From: a virus
Strand: one strand, 5' to 3'
DNA length: 64,000 nucleotides
IMG/VR virus record: IMGVR_UViG_3300027987_000382
Span: 82,840 to 146,839 of that record
Shown piece after piece: positions 11,901 to 20,527 of the stretch. Under the pieces are notes generated by a model that ran no database searches, was not told where the DNA came from, and saw only the letters and a list, made by a program, of their open reading frames with translations. Positions within the stretch are counted from its first letter, which is position 1; each line of letters starts with the position of its first letter. A program made the translations under genes and the position numbers.

Positions 11901-13051
11901 TTTACACCGTCACATTTGGCGGTGCGTCTGGTGGCCAGGATTGGGAAGAATTGGTTCCTGACACAACCAATTTGGTTGGTGGTTCGAACTACGCAGACAC
12001 CGCCGGTATTGCCTACAATGCCGCCGCTGCAGCAGTCAAGTCCGCAATCGTGACCGCAGCTTCTTGGCTTTCTGACACCGACATCAATGTAACATCAATT
12101 CCGGATTTGCCAGAAGGGATGTTCCAATGGATCGTCGAGTGGACCGGTGCATACAAGAGGATGGATATTCCTCGTATGCAAGCCGATCCTAGCGGCTCGC
12201 AGCTGACAGGTGCACCGATCATTATCGAAGAAGAGGTGAAAGGATCTGGCTCCAACGAGCGTCAGCGTCTACAGATTCTCCGTGCCACTGGCGGATCGTT
12301 CAGAATCACCATCACAATCGGCGGTAAATCGGATACGACCACGCCAATTCCGTGGAATACGACAGCCGCAGGTCTCGAAGCTCAACTTCTACAGCTGATG
12401 TTCTTCGATACTCCTGGCCAGTTGTCAGTCGTCGATGAATACCCATCGAGTCTACCACCGTCTCCAATCAATTCGTCTTATATCGTTGTCTTCCAGAAGA
12501 TCTTCGGCGATGTCCCGCCCATGGTCGCCGATTTCCAAGAGACATTGCTCTGCAACCCAATAATTCTGCCGATCGTCGATCCAGGCCCGTACCCGTACCC
12601 ACTACCAGAATGCGATGATTTGAGCGACATTTCTTGCCAATCTGGACCGCTCCTTTGCAAGCCGGGTGAAGGAGACGAGCCGATCCCAGAGATCGATTGC
12701 TGCGACAACGAGACAATCACGTCTTCCGCCAATTTCTCCAGACGGATTCAAATCGAACGAGACCTATTCGATCCGAACAGAAAAGTCAACGGCAAACGAT
12801 TGACACTCCGAGATCTAGCATTGATCAAGGGGTTGAAGATCAGCGAATATACACCATACGTGAGGAATTGGAATCTCGGCACTCTGAAAGAAACTTCTTG
12901 GACGACCGAGATCTATACGAAACAGAGTTTTGTGTTGATCGAGAATAATCTCGATACGACGAGAGGACGGCAGAGGATTCTCGGCCATCTCGCCGGTCAT
13001 CGAGAGATTCTACCAGCACGATTCGTCTGGCCAGAAGGAAATTTCACATAG
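5960..13051 (+). CDS. Giant multidomain putative virion/adhesin protein (vWA, CBM-like domains, YWTD-like beta-propeller, NExQ repeats)
   Basis: DNSGS MIDAS and ITDE; repeated IYW/IYV...LDG.N blades; LNxxFE..W CBM-like starts; NEVQ/NERQ/NEKQ/TEIQ/NEIQ repeats. Confidence 0.75.
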   Translation: MATGTVKDPFEDYKRPICGEFVEIGQPTFAELIWAREVLTRATSGPDPDVATALRIIAYSKGPVELPEMRKKKSFHAIPPPVASEAAAAKYAVNARNNAKAYKQKVKGLGIAKTSVEFRKLVANDPEILSGDPELLNPLGLEDCVMLSGGGFGGITPIITPTGCPPSECVVDAVFSIDNSGSMGQSITNVKNGANQMASLISTVANGSYRFALTRFGQGQNNGNLDVLLDMTNRNCGNITEFQTAVNTMNASGSTEPWHQQLLQVQGNAGLRWTFREESNARIIFTITDESGNVTTADTLAAASKLGSCNIRWVLIWTGLINPYNQTFPNRTADGFSNEGQFFDAIAKRTGGTWVWAPRGTDIVPLMTSFIFSVCASAGELAECPGGVDKILNGRFETSIANWNNLSTLPRTISWNSGFQSLELNGAAGQKVTGLTPGDIAIMSFDVWVETTPSAAKADAPLVPLSGPACPAGYSLLDEDDWTGGNTSLQGWDGSGAIVETGAMKFATINEGGGTGSLTDKLILTASDKIKTSNPDGTGLTDLLTGSGNARDLDVDTVQKHIYWMEINQAGGTENAIYRANFDGSGITKIKDVVYSLGLFVESTTPSYIYYGEASGSFRIRRMDLDGTNEITIATSPRRVVRLQVDKDNGYIYWVGSSSASNGSVYRCNLDGSNLIVIIDETSQPKMANARGIAVDKANGKIYVATATDLLWMNLDGSGFADIGDTGGAGDDVWIDPVAGRLYVADGGTDTVFKYRLDGSNRQQLFPTSTANFSGVTRLAANAGYVTKTSTGLTPGDDFRFAVDFQAIGGSGTVAIQLFDGAVLLAEKTGITIAAIENISATVPASGQITAVIRAIPNPTFSMSIRVSSTSFCVSGAVGGSGGLLKYKLRNNSGIVLTEDSVTDSDLQPPGVANAQRFDLFTTIGIDGTIEVFFTAEDGDDVDFYIDNCLLCILKEDDCGPGTRNLVLNPNFESGVEFWDDSTNTPISPTDDPNVWDDLLNAIIVSITGEREVRTTINDLKPGANYSVNFELTSFEPEVIGTLEFIYGVLDSSDVVIIQATKLRSEVNPPERLQIDFVAPANGIARIFFKGGITSGVAKIRNVLCCERSGECEPGYTKLSFNDFSTGRGAWAGGTYDAVNQLMTLGATGGGNDILSQTFAALDPGSTIQISLNVLNSPGGVGVFQVEFHSDGIIDQFNTGGTPGIKSFSSIVQDSGLVLIRIKNLSAFAANLDDILVCVQNAPPCDGSITNLEVLVEWDGIPRKPTNLFNAIVRYTIRDPNDPFSISTVTHIPTDEGALGLASCDLWKQQGQGGAPQNGILAFGMTPSLAATIDNGDFASVATRTNWVWSIPDTGGIQDTLSIAFPDPPEGLIESVEVFLLMNHVTPSGSDSSPVHPAPLLCTPDLASELTVSIRYINSQNLQREFTKKINKNDVWQQNADFTVGLPWDTDTPLGNGLKGSSARWESWEFVLDDVDGKGLDQCTTALFFTATGQGVLTFPEFGFKNSKARFVDACLAEILITGLSAGSAVNEVQSIVLPNPSGGTWTLTFDFGTVETTATIPWNASATMVRNKLAALPNIGSNNNVSVTGTGTQADPFLVTFKGTLGATDHKLLVANGSGLTGASTAFVTTITDGTINERQTITRNSSTVTADLLITFGGQTTVPLAYNRSLNEAQSALEGLSSIGAGNVTVSGDVTDRDAPYTGPLRVDFINALGGQNVSLMTVSPASLYTVTQDWMGGVPPAGGVNEKQEVTVEAFGGTFVLRVFDIGGTAPDIIVNTVQDGGNTNVDIYDIEFGGTLAGQDITACRGLFFSPSGAWNAEVSTVRNGAAGTDPITEIQRYSLIWSSGFTTGSWDIRNISGECNIDPIFSSIQGLLLTDLTKGVNQSSIIKGDLETASAITVGDLTVTNVQLAGSLNEIQTITITGNPTSGTFTLTIAGETTAPIPYNATATQVQNALNSLMALAGVTVTKSGSLPGDVIYTVTFGGASGGQDWEELVPDTTNLVGGSNYADTAGIAYNAAAAAVKSAIVTAASWLSDTDINVTSIPDLPEGMFQWIVEWTGAYKRMDIPRMQADPSGSQLTGAPIIIEEEVKGSGSNERQRLQILRATGGSFRITITIGGKSDTTTPIPWNTTAAGLEAQLLQLMFFDTPGQLSVVDEYPSSLPPSPINSSYIVVFQKIFGDVPPMVADFQETLLCNPIILPIVDPGPYPYPLPECDDLSDISCQSGPLLCKPGEGDEPIPEIDCCDNETITSSANFSRRIQIERDLFDPNRKVNGKRLTLRDLALIKGLKISEYTPYVRNWNLGTLKETSWTTEIYTKQSFVLIENNLDTTRGRQRILGHLAGHREILPARFVWPEGNFT

Positions 13052-13060
13052 AGGCCACCC

Positions 13061-13330
13061 ATGTCATTTCAAGACATCAAAATTCACCGCGATTTTCAGG
13101 TCATCAATGACTTCGTGCAGATCCCTCCCAACAATGAGACGGATAAGACGCGAGTCACACCAACTGAAGCACTGTCGCTCATTGCTGGATCGGAACAAAA
13201 GCATCTCTCGCTCGGTTCCGGACGGCCACGCGGATCGAAGGCTGGTCAGCAATCGTTCATTCGCCTGCCTGGTATCAGCCCGAATGAATGGTACGCAACC
13301 GATCCTGTCGATGACGTCGCAGGTGCCTAA
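13061..13330 (+). CDS. Hypothetical protein
   Basis: GAGG RBS, follows giant gene. Confidence 0.6.
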   Translation: MSFQDIKIHRDFQVINDFVQIPPNNETDKTRVTPTEALSLIAGSEQKHLSLGSGRPRGSKAGQQSFIRLPGISPNEWYATDPVDDVAGA

Positions 13331-13668
13331 TGTCCTGCCGCCGTAGCAAAGTCTTGGCGGAGCATACGGCAGTCGACAAGGACAAGAAACCGCTTTACGC
13401 GATGTTCTGGTTTTGGTGTCCCGGCTGCAACGAAGCCCACGCATATGCGGCCAAAATCAAAGGAGTTGAGCCTCCTCCGAATAGGCCGATGTGGACATTC
13501 GATGAGAACATGGATGCCCCAACCTTCACCCCAAGCCTTCGGATCATCAGTGAAGAACGCCCCTGCCATCTCTTCGTCAAGAACGGGCATATTCAGTATT
13601 GTGGCGATTGTTTCCACGAGCTGAAGGGGAAGATAGTTCCGATGGTAGAGATACCGGATTGGATATGA
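13330..13668 (+). CDS. DUF6527-like Cys/His zinc-binding protein
   Basis: CPGC...H, W.F...PTFTPS, CHLF...G.I.YC.DC.H. Confidence 0.7.
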   Translation: MSCRRSKVLAEHTAVDKDKKPLYAMFWFWCPGCNEAHAYAAKIKGVEPPPNRPMWTFDENMDAPTFTPSLRIISEERPCHLFVKNGHIQYCGDCFHELKGKIVPMVEIPDWI

Positions 13669-13799
13669 ACCAGAACCCATTACAACCACCAGAAAATCCT
13701 AATTGGTGGGTAATTAGTGGTGTCATCATTACTGTCGCCGGGGTGGTGAAAGCCATTCACTATCTTCTGACGCACGTCGATGTCACTTGGAGATTCTAG
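13665..13799 (+). CDS. Small membrane protein
   Basis: ATGA overlap; one hydrophobic segment. Confidence 0.45.
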   Translation: MNQNPLQPPENPNWWVISGVIITVAGVVKAIHYLLTHVDVTWRF

Positions 13800-13847
13800 A
13801 TTCCACAGATTAACCACTTCGGCGATTTCGATTCAGATCCGCAAGCT

Positions 13848-14444
13848 TTGGCGGCCAGAGAAGCGGCGAATGCGAATTCATCTTGTGATTTCGACATGTG
13901 GCTGATCGATCAGCTAGAGTTGTCAGACAATCCCGTGGTACTGGATCTCGGATGCGGGTCGGGAAGACATATCAAACAAATCAAAAAGCGACACCCAGGT
14001 GCGACAGTAATTGGTGTCGATCTGAACCCAGGCCAAGATATTATTGTATCTTCTTTCGAAGAGTACGTTCCGGACCGGACTTTTGAGACGATCTTTTCAT
14101 CGTACGCACTTTACTACGCTGAGAACATGATCGAACTCATTGAAAGGCTGCTTGGGTATACCCGTATGATGTTCGTATGCGGGCCAGCGAAAGGTACGAA
14201 TCAAGAATTGGCTGATATTGGCATCATCCCTCCAGTCCCTGACTTCATTTCAGCAGAAGAAATCGCTCAATTAGAAGCTCGATGCTCGAGTCTTGAGCAA
14301 GTGCGTCTTGATAACACCGTATTGTTTACAGAGGGATCGTTTGAATCATGGTGGCATAACCACAATGCCTATGATCCAAACGTCGAATTTATCAGACCAC
14401 TGTCAATGAGTAAGAAAACGCTCGGGATCAGAATGCATGCGTAA
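13848..14444 (+). CDS. Class I SAM-dependent methyltransferase
   Basis: VLDLGCGSG, IGVDL. Confidence 0.85.
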   Translation: MAAREAANANSSCDFDMWLIDQLELSDNPVVLDLGCGSGRHIKQIKKRHPGATVIGVDLNPGQDIIVSSFEEYVPDRTFETIFSSYALYYAENMIELIERLLGYTRMMFVCGPAKGTNQELADIGIIPPVPDFISAEEIAQLEARCSSLEQVRLDNTVLFTEGSFESWWHNHNAYDPNVEFIRPLSMSKKTLGIRMHA

Positions 14445-15045
14445 GGTGCTATTTGTGGGGGCACATGTTGATGACATCGAACTTGGATGCGGCGGGACGC
14501 TGCATAAGCACCAAGATTGGGACTGTCACTGTCTGACCATATCGAAACACAGTTTCTCTCCGCTTGGGAAAGATGGTCCAAACCCAGATATATGGAAATC
14601 ACAAGTCGCCGCATTGAAACATCTTGGCGATCCGCCTTTGGAGTTGTACAGCCATCGGACCAACTTTCTCGAAGAGGAAAGAAACGCTGTCTATCAGACT
14701 CTGAAAAACGCGGCTGAGAAATTCGCTCCAGATTGGGTCTTCGTTAATCATCCAGACGATCACCAAGACCACGGCACTGTCTACCGAGAAGCCGTCAGGG
14801 CATTTTACGATTCATCTCTGATCTGCTACCCAATCTCAAGCAGCACTCAGAACTTTGAAGCCAATTATTATGAGGTCCTTCCGGACGATTCTGTAGAAGC
14901 GAAAATAGCTTCTCTACGAGAGTACGGAATGTATAAAGACAAGCCGTACTTTAAAAATGCGAGAGAACATCTCATCGCTGCGGGGACGTACCTCAGACAA
15001 GGACCGACAGAAGTTTTCAGGATTGTGAAACTAATCGAGCCTTAG
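14437..15045 (+). CDS. PIG-L/LmbE family deacetylase
   Basis: AHVDDIELGCGG and DHQDH. Confidence 0.9.
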   Translation: MRKVLFVGAHVDDIELGCGGTLHKHQDWDCHCLTISKHSFSPLGKDGPNPDIWKSQVAALKHLGDPPLELYSHRTNFLEEERNAVYQTLKNAAEKFAPDWVFVNHPDDHQDHGTVYREAVRAFYDSSLICYPISSSTQNFEANYYEVLPDDSVEAKIASLREYGMYKDKPYFKNAREHLIAAGTYLRQGPTEVFRIVKLIEP

Positions 15046-15662
15046 ACGTCGAACCGCACTTCGACCCATTCGAATCCGAGTTTCTCGAGGTACTCGAGAG
15101 CTTTGTCTCCAATCTCTGGCCCGGCAAGATAGCCACGTGCTGACTCGAAGGTTTCGACGTACTTTCGCAGCTGGCCACAATCAGTGACGGTAGCTTTCCG
15201 TCTCTTCACCTCAATGACGTGCTTGGTTTCATCAAATTCTGTTCCAAGCAGGTCAATCGGGCCGTGTTCTGTCTGAACTTCGGTTTCAATGCTGAAACAC
15301 TCAATGTCGAAGTAATCTGGCCAGTTCCAAAAGAGCTTTTGTACCAACTCTTTTTCTGTTCGCCGCAATCTGACTTCGTCCTCGGACCAGCCATCCATCT
15401 CGCGGTAGAACAGAACCTCATCGACTATTACTTCTATCGTCTCACCATGTCTGGTAAAGGCAAGGCGTCCACATTCGACACTGCCTTCCATTTCTGTTCC
15501 CGCTCCCATATAGTTGCGTGGAGGTATCAGAGAGCCGCCATGGACAGATACGCTTCCGTCGTTCTTCCTTAGCAGAAGAAAGCTTCCTGGACCAAGGAGG
15601 CCCAGAGCCCGGCCATCATAGCGGACGGAGCCGGAAAAGTACAAGGAGAAGCTTTCAGACAT
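15042..15662 (-). CDS. nucS: Endonuclease NucS/EndoMS
   Basis: Y.GR...L, K.DGSV.VH, P.NY; GPIDLL, VIEVKRR, QL..Y. Confidence 0.9.
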   Translation of the reverse strand: MSESFSLYFSGSVRYDGRALGLLGPGSFLLLRKNDGSVSVHGGSLIPPRNYMGAGTEMEGSVECGRLAFTRHGETIEVIVDEVLFYREMDGWSEDEVRLRRTEKELVQKLFWNWPDYFDIECFSIETEVQTEHGPIDLLGTEFDETKHVIEVKRRKATVTDCGQLRKYVETFESARGYLAGPEIGDKALEYLEKLGFEWVEVRFDV

Positions 15663-15698
15663 GCCTTATCTACAAACATACCTGCGGAGGATCAAAAG

Positions 15699-16061
15699 AT
15701 GCGGAAAGAACATGTTTGGAATGCTGTTTTGGCGGCCATCGCAACAGCCCTATTGGGTATTGTTGGATGGCTATCGCTGTCTGTTATCCATCTGCAGAAC
15801 CAGCAAGCGGCAGAAGACGCCGAGAAGAAACTACGAGCAGACATCACCGACGTGATGAATGATGTCGACAAAAGACTCGCAGTAATCGAAGCCTTGATGC
15901 GAAGAGACCCGATATCGCCATCGGTGTTGCCGTCGCCGCCGACTACAGCTTCGCCGAACATCTTCAGCGACGACCCAGAACCATCGCCAGAACCGCCATC
16001 GCCACAGATACCGCTCCCTCGTTATGACTTACGGGAGCAACAGAAGCTTCCGGACAACTAG
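15699..16061 (+). CDS. Membrane-anchored coiled-coil protein
   Basis: N-term TM, coiled coil, Pro-rich tail. Confidence 0.55.
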   Translation: MRKEHVWNAVLAAIATALLGIVGWLSLSVIHLQNQQAAEDAEKKLRADITDVMNDVDKRLAVIEALMRRDPISPSVLPSPPTTASPNIFSDDPEPSPEPPSPQIPLPRYDLREQQKLPDN

Positions 16062-16315
16062 CCGCCGTCCTGGTCTGCAGCCGCAGCTTGAGCAGCAAAG
16101 TTCACCGGATCGTTCGGCCGGTACTTGAGCTTGGCGATTTTGAACACAGTGCGACAAATTAAGTATGTCACGGCCGCCACTGTAAGACAGACGATAAGAA
16201 TTCTGGTGACGTCGCTTGGGGCTGTCGCCGCCAAAATCGTGTTGACCAGACCGGTGACGGTCGTCAACCAAAGTTCCGTTGTCTTGAATCCCGGATTGTT
16301 GGTGTCGTCTGTCAT
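16058..16315 (-). CDS. Two-TM small membrane protein (possible holin-like)
   Basis: PGFKTTELWL then two hydrophobic helices. Confidence 0.5.
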   Translation of the reverse strand: MTDDTNNPGFKTTELWLTTVTGLVNTILAATAPSDVTRILIVCLTVAAVTYLICRTVFKIAKLKYRPNDPVNFAAQAAAADQDGG

Positions 16316-18165
16316 GCTCCCGCCTGCTTCGCTTTTCTTGAGTCAAGCAATGCCTTAGTTTTGGCTGCAGCACGCTTGAGCTTGTCTGTTGGAATAGTAC
16401 CTCCAGCACGAGCAACCGCCTGTTCCATTTTCTGCTGGCTTGGTTTTTGGCCGGTCAATGCCCACCAAAGGAGAAAAGCCTCTTGAGTGTTAAGTGCTGG
16501 TTTGGCAGAAATCTCTTTGAGCTTTTGGATGACCGGACTAGTTTGTTGTGGTTGGGGCGTCGGGGTCTCGAGTGGTGCCACCTCAAGTGGTTCCGGCTCT
16601 AGATCAGGCTGCCCGGCCTGTGTTGGTAATGTGGTAGTTGGTCTTGGTGCTGGTGTTGGTGTTCGCGTTTGTGCCGCTTCAGGTGCAGCTCCCAGCCCAG
16701 CAGCATCAGGAGGCGTTTCTGGTTCGGCCGGTGCTTCGATCTGATTGAACTGATGCTTCTTGTTGCCGTGATTGAAGAGTTTGAATGCCTTTTTCAGCGT
16801 GTCAGCCGCCTGATTGTAAGTTGCCAGTGCCTGCTGATCACCAGCTTCAGCCTTTGGCTTCAGTTTTTTCCATTGATCATACGTTTGAATAATTTGGTCC
16901 GGTGTCAGACCATTCGCGGATAGTGCTGCTTGGAATTTTTGTCGAATGTTGTCCGACAGAATCTGAACAGCGAGTTTAGCGGCCCGCTCGTTCGTGGCAG
17001 CTGCTCCCGAAGCCGCCAACTGCTGCTGAGCATAGGCCGGATTCGACGCCATGTTTTTGGCTGTCTGAATTCCGCCACCGATGCGATTAGCAAGTCCTCC
17101 TAAGGCTCCCTTTAGACGTCCAAGAAGGCCGCCTTGTTCGGCTTCTGTCAGGGCTGGGATTGATGTACTGTGTTCGCGACCAATCTTCATCAGCATAAGA
17201 TTGGCGATGAGCCCGATATTCCTGCAAACCGCCTGCTCGCACATGAGGTCCATCGCTAGTTCGCGGACGATGTCCTCACCTTTGAGCCTCTTGGCGGTTT
17301 GTTCATATTCTGGCGACCCAGGTAACGCCAAGCCTGGAGGTTTGGCGATCTGGCTTTGTGGCGTCACAATCGGACTTTGTGGTGCTTGTGGTGCCGCTTG
17401 TGGTGCCGCTTGTGGTGCCGCTTGTGGTGCCGCCGGAGCTGTCGGCTGCGTCTGTTCGGGTTGAGCTGCACCAGCCGCCTTTCTCGCTTTGATATCCTCC
17501 AACCTTTTGAGCAATTGTCCCAACCGCTCACGATGACTGCCTTGTGTCGTTGGCTGTTGCCGCTGTGCACCACCAAGTAGTTGTTGAAGCAAACCCTGCT
17601 GTTGCTGCGGCTGCTGCGGCTGGACTGGTTGTGCTCCGTTCTGACCTTGCGGTTGCTGAGCCTCGGCCTGAGCTGCCTGCTGCCCGCCACTGAGGATGTC
17701 CTGCTGGACTTGTTGCTTTACAGCCGTCTTTGATTCTTGATCGACACCGCCGAATGCCCCAAACAGTGATTCCCACCAGTCGGCGTTCGTGTCGTCGAGA
17801 ATCGATCCTTGGAGTTGTCCGGCCTGTTTGATCAGATTGTTGATCTGCTGGCTGCTCCCGCTCGGGGCCATAATCGAGAGCAGTGTCTCGAGATCGCCAC
17901 CTGGTCCTGGAGTCAGAGCTGAGCGTAATTTTGCGAGACCGGTCTTGAAGAGTTCTCCGAGAGCACCTTCGCTCAATACATTACTATCCAGTACGGATTC
18001 GACGAATATGTAAGGTATTGGGCGTGGTTCGCGATAGACGCGGCCGTTCCCGGCTTTGATTCTGACGATTGTGTTTTCAACCACGACTGGACGCATTCCA
18101 TCCAGCATCAAACGAAGCTGGAGGAAGTATGGGTCGTCCAGGGTTGTGATCTTAGCCAGTTTCAT
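16312..18165 (-). CDS. Gln/Pro/Ala-rich hypothetical protein, possibly an internal virion protein
   Basis: 617 aa, low-complexity linkers. Confidence 0.65.
   Translation of the reverse strand: MKLAKITTLDDPYFLQLRLMLDGMRPVVVENTIVRIKAGNGRVYREPRPIPYIFVESVLDSNVLSEGALGELFKTGLAKLRSALTPGPGGDLETLLSIMAPSGSSQQINNLIKQAGQLQGSILDDTNADWWESLFGAFGGVDQESKTAVKQQVQQDILSGGQQAAQAEAQQPQGQNGAQPVQPQQPQQQQGLLQQLLGGAQRQQPTTQGSHRERLGQLLKRLEDIKARKAAGAAQPEQTQPTAPAAPQAAPQAAPQAAPQAPQSPIVTPQSQIAKPPGLALPGSPEYEQTAKRLKGEDIVRELAMDLMCEQAVCRNIGLIANLMLMKIGREHSTSIPALTEAEQGGLLGRLKGALGGLANRIGGGIQTAKNMASNPAYAQQQLAASGAAATNERAAKLAVQILSDNIRQKFQAALSANGLTPDQIIQTYDQWKKLKPKAEAGDQQALATYNQAADTLKKAFKLFNHGNKKHQFNQIEAPAEPETPPDAAGLGAAPEAAQTRTPTPAPRPTTTLPTQAGQPDLEPEPLEVAPLETPTPQPQQTSPVIQKLKEISAKPALNTQEAFLLWWALTGQKPSQQKMEQAVARAGGTIPTDKLKRAAAKTKALLDSRKAKQAGA
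17377..17433. repeat. 12-bp coding tandem repeat (AAPQ x4)
   Basis: TTGTGGTGCCGC x4 plus a partial copy. Confidence 0.9.
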
Positions 18166-18189
18166 ACTCTATCTTTGCGGATCTGGACA

Positions 18190-18621
18190 ATGAAGTTTCC
18201 CATCATGGTGCTCACCTACGGTGCTTTCGGAGCAGACCAGAAGAAATTGTATATCTACGAAAGCGAAGGGGTACCTCTATTTCCAGCTTTCCACGATCCT
18301 GTGGTTGCAGCACAATTCCAAGCAGCACATCAAAAGATCATCGCGGAGCATGGGGACGAGCGGCGTCTTACGCTTCAGGTCTGCAAAGAACCGAAGTACA
18401 TGCGAGACATGATGGTCGTCATGATGTCCATCGCTCCGGACGTCACTACAATAATTTTTGACCCGTCTCCGCCAGAGGGCCTTTCTCAGAAGGCGATGAA
18501 GGCTGGGGTCAAGCCCCAAGATAGGCAGCGATCATTTGAAGACGTGATTCAAGAATTGGAGGATTCTTTGTCCACCAAATCGCCGTCAAATGCGGAGAAA
18601 TCGTCAGAGCACTCGAAGTAG
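18190..18621 (+). CDS. Hypothetical protein
   Basis: 143-aa ORF. Confidence 0.6.
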   Translation: MKFPIMVLTYGAFGADQKKLYIYESEGVPLFPAFHDPVVAAQFQAAHQKIIAEHGDERRLTLQVCKEPKYMRDMMVVMMSIAPDVTTIIFDPSPPEGLSQKAMKAGVKPQDRQRSFEDVIQELEDSLSTKSPSNAEKSSEHSK

Positions 18622-18696
18622 ACTGGTTCTTTTCTCTTCTGGCCATCTACTATCACGATGGTCGGCTCCTCGATATCGTCAAGCGAGATCTCTTCT

Positions 18697-19722
18697 TCAA
18701 CTTGAGATGACTTTGTCGAGTTGTCGTCTATTCCAGACACGGTGTTCGATCTTCCTCTGTTCATTCGAGAACGTCATGTGAAGATTGTCGTATTCGTCTA
18801 CGCACATTGATGGGTATCCACCAACATCGCCGATCACACAGATCTTTTGGACACTCGGAACTCTGTCCTTAAACGCGATCTCGCCTAATGTTAGGTTTCG
18901 GCGGCTGATCTTGTCGGTGTCATTCCATAATAACAGATCACGGCCCGCCCATTGGATAGCGTGCAATGAACTATTTCTGTTCGGGATTTTAGTCGGTCGT
19001 GGTGAAGACCAGCTTTCTCCGAAATCATCAGAGTAGCAATATCGGCACGCAGTTTCGTTGGTACCGAAATTTCTGCTGAGCGAGTGGACCCGGTTATCTG
19101 TCTTCCACAAGGTCGGCTGAATCATGTCCTGCCCAATCGATCCAACACGCATCGTGTGCATCGTCTGGTCCAGCACTCTTGTGGTCGATTTGTCAACGAT
19201 CCTGATCTTATAGATGACGCCGGATCGTGCTAACTCATCATATAAAGGCAGTAAATAATCGGTTCTGCATCCGATTGTCCCGTAGTGAATGGGGTTACAA
19301 CGCCCAAGGAGGTGCTGGTCAGGGAATGCTAATTGCCTTGGTTCGGCGACAAATTCGATTCCGTTATTGAGGACCACCTCCTGTATCCAAAGACTACAGA
19401 ACCTCCAGCGGTCAACGATGCGGCGTACATCGCCGGTGTCTTCGAACTTGGACCAGATAAGATAGGCTTGTGTGCCGTGCGACCAAATCACAGGATTGCC
19501 AGTTTTGTCGCCGATTCTCACGGCTTCGGAGTATGTGCCATCGTCCTTGCTGAATGTGACGTACACGCTTTGATCGTCGCGGCATTCACCTGTTCCGGAA
19601 TACCAGGCCAAAAGCACCCCTCCACGAAACGGACAAACAGAAGAGCAGTGATTGAACCTCCCGGCCCCAACTTCGTGTCGGCGGCTAGTCGCGAAGATAC
19701 TACGGATGATTCTTCGGAGCAT
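18697..19722 (-). CDS. BNR/Asp-box sialidase-like beta-propeller
   Basis: HCSS, LLAWYSG..E, IQPTL, SDDFGESWS Asp-box, YPS. Confidence 0.85.
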   Translation of the reverse strand: MLRRIIRSIFATSRRHEVGAGRFNHCSSVCPFRGGVLLAWYSGTGECRDDQSVYVTFSKDDGTYSEAVRIGDKTGNPVIWSHGTQAYLIWSKFEDTGDVRRIVDRWRFCSLWIQEVVLNNGIEFVAEPRQLAFPDQHLLGRCNPIHYGTIGCRTDYLLPLYDELARSGVIYKIRIVDKSTTRVLDQTMHTMRVGSIGQDMIQPTLWKTDNRVHSLSRNFGTNETACRYCYSDDFGESWSSPRPTKIPNRNSSLHAIQWAGRDLLLWNDTDKISRRNLTLGEIAFKDRVPSVQKICVIGDVGGYPSMCVDEYDNLHMTFSNEQRKIEHRVWNRRQLDKVISS

Positions 19723-19752
19723 CGAAGCCTCCTCGGATTTGGAAGCGTGTCA

Positions 19753-20142
19753 ATGGAACGATCAACGATCAGCAGTTGGATTCGTCAAGCACGATACCGT
19801 GCCAAGCGTCAAGATATCTACAGCGATTTGGAGATTTCCGATGTAGAGGAAATAATTGAGAGTTACGAGGACAAGTGTGCGTATTGTGGTGATGAAGCGG
19901 AGACTCTCGATCATCCGTTCCCACTAAAACCAACCGCACCGAATGTCCCCGCGAACATCCTGCCGTCGTGCAAGGACTGCAAGGCTCACAAGAAAAATAA
20001 TGATCTTGTCTGGATGTTCTCGTCAGGCACGCTCGAGCAAGTAAAGTATCTCGAATTGCTCCAACAGATGTTCAGTCGCAAAGGTGGGGACACGATTAAG
20101 GAACACGTCAGAAAAGTGACTGGCCTCGTTGGAGACTCTTAG
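19753..20142 (+). CDS. HNH endonuclease-like
   Basis: CAYCG...TLDHPFP...NILPSCKDC...K. Confidence 0.8.
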   Translation: MERSTISSWIRQARYRAKRQDIYSDLEISDVEEIIESYEDKCAYCGDEAETLDHPFPLKPTAPNVPANILPSCKDCKAHKKNNDLVWMFSSGTLEQVKYLELLQQMFSRKGGDTIKEHVRKVTGLVGDS

Positions 20143-20143
20143 C

Positions 20144-20401
20144 GTGTCGAAAAAACCTTATCCTGGCTTCTCGCCAAATTACAAGACTGTGGACGAAACC
20201 GCAGGCTTCAAGAGAACGTGCATTGTTCTCGAATTTCTCAGCATCGGACCGCTCGAATCAACGCATCTGGCTCTAATCCAAGAGCAGCTTGAAGCTCTCA
20301 CAGAACGACTACAAAGACAAATTCCATACGTCGAAAACACGGACGTCGTCCTCCCAGACCGTTTCGACCCGGTCCTGAAGGAGGGTCTCCGGCTCTCATG
20401 A
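20144..20401 (+). CDS. Hypothetical protein
   Basis: Short ORF in operon; start uncertain. Confidence 0.45.
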   Translation: MSKKPYPGFSPNYKTVDETAGFKRTCIVLEFLSIGPLESTHLALIQEQLEALTERLQRQIPYVENTDVVLPDRFDPVLKEGLRLS

Positions 20402-20461
20402 ATCACGTGTTCTCGAATGGTAGTTCTCTGTATTTGAGGAAGTACCAATTGTAGTCCTCAT

Positions 20462-20487
20462 TTAACGGGGACCATTGCGTTGCAACA
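20462..20487 (+). promoter_or_regulatory. Phage promoter motif copy
   Basis: TTAAC-N15-GCAACA upstream of 20528. Confidence 0.6.
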
Positions 20488-20527
20488 ATTCGCCGTTTCA
20501 ACGTATTGATCTCCGGAGGATTGACTG

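Noticed and set aside
17377-17433. Tandem repeat as a regulatory array
   Set aside because: In-frame 12-bp repeat encoding an AAPQ linker.
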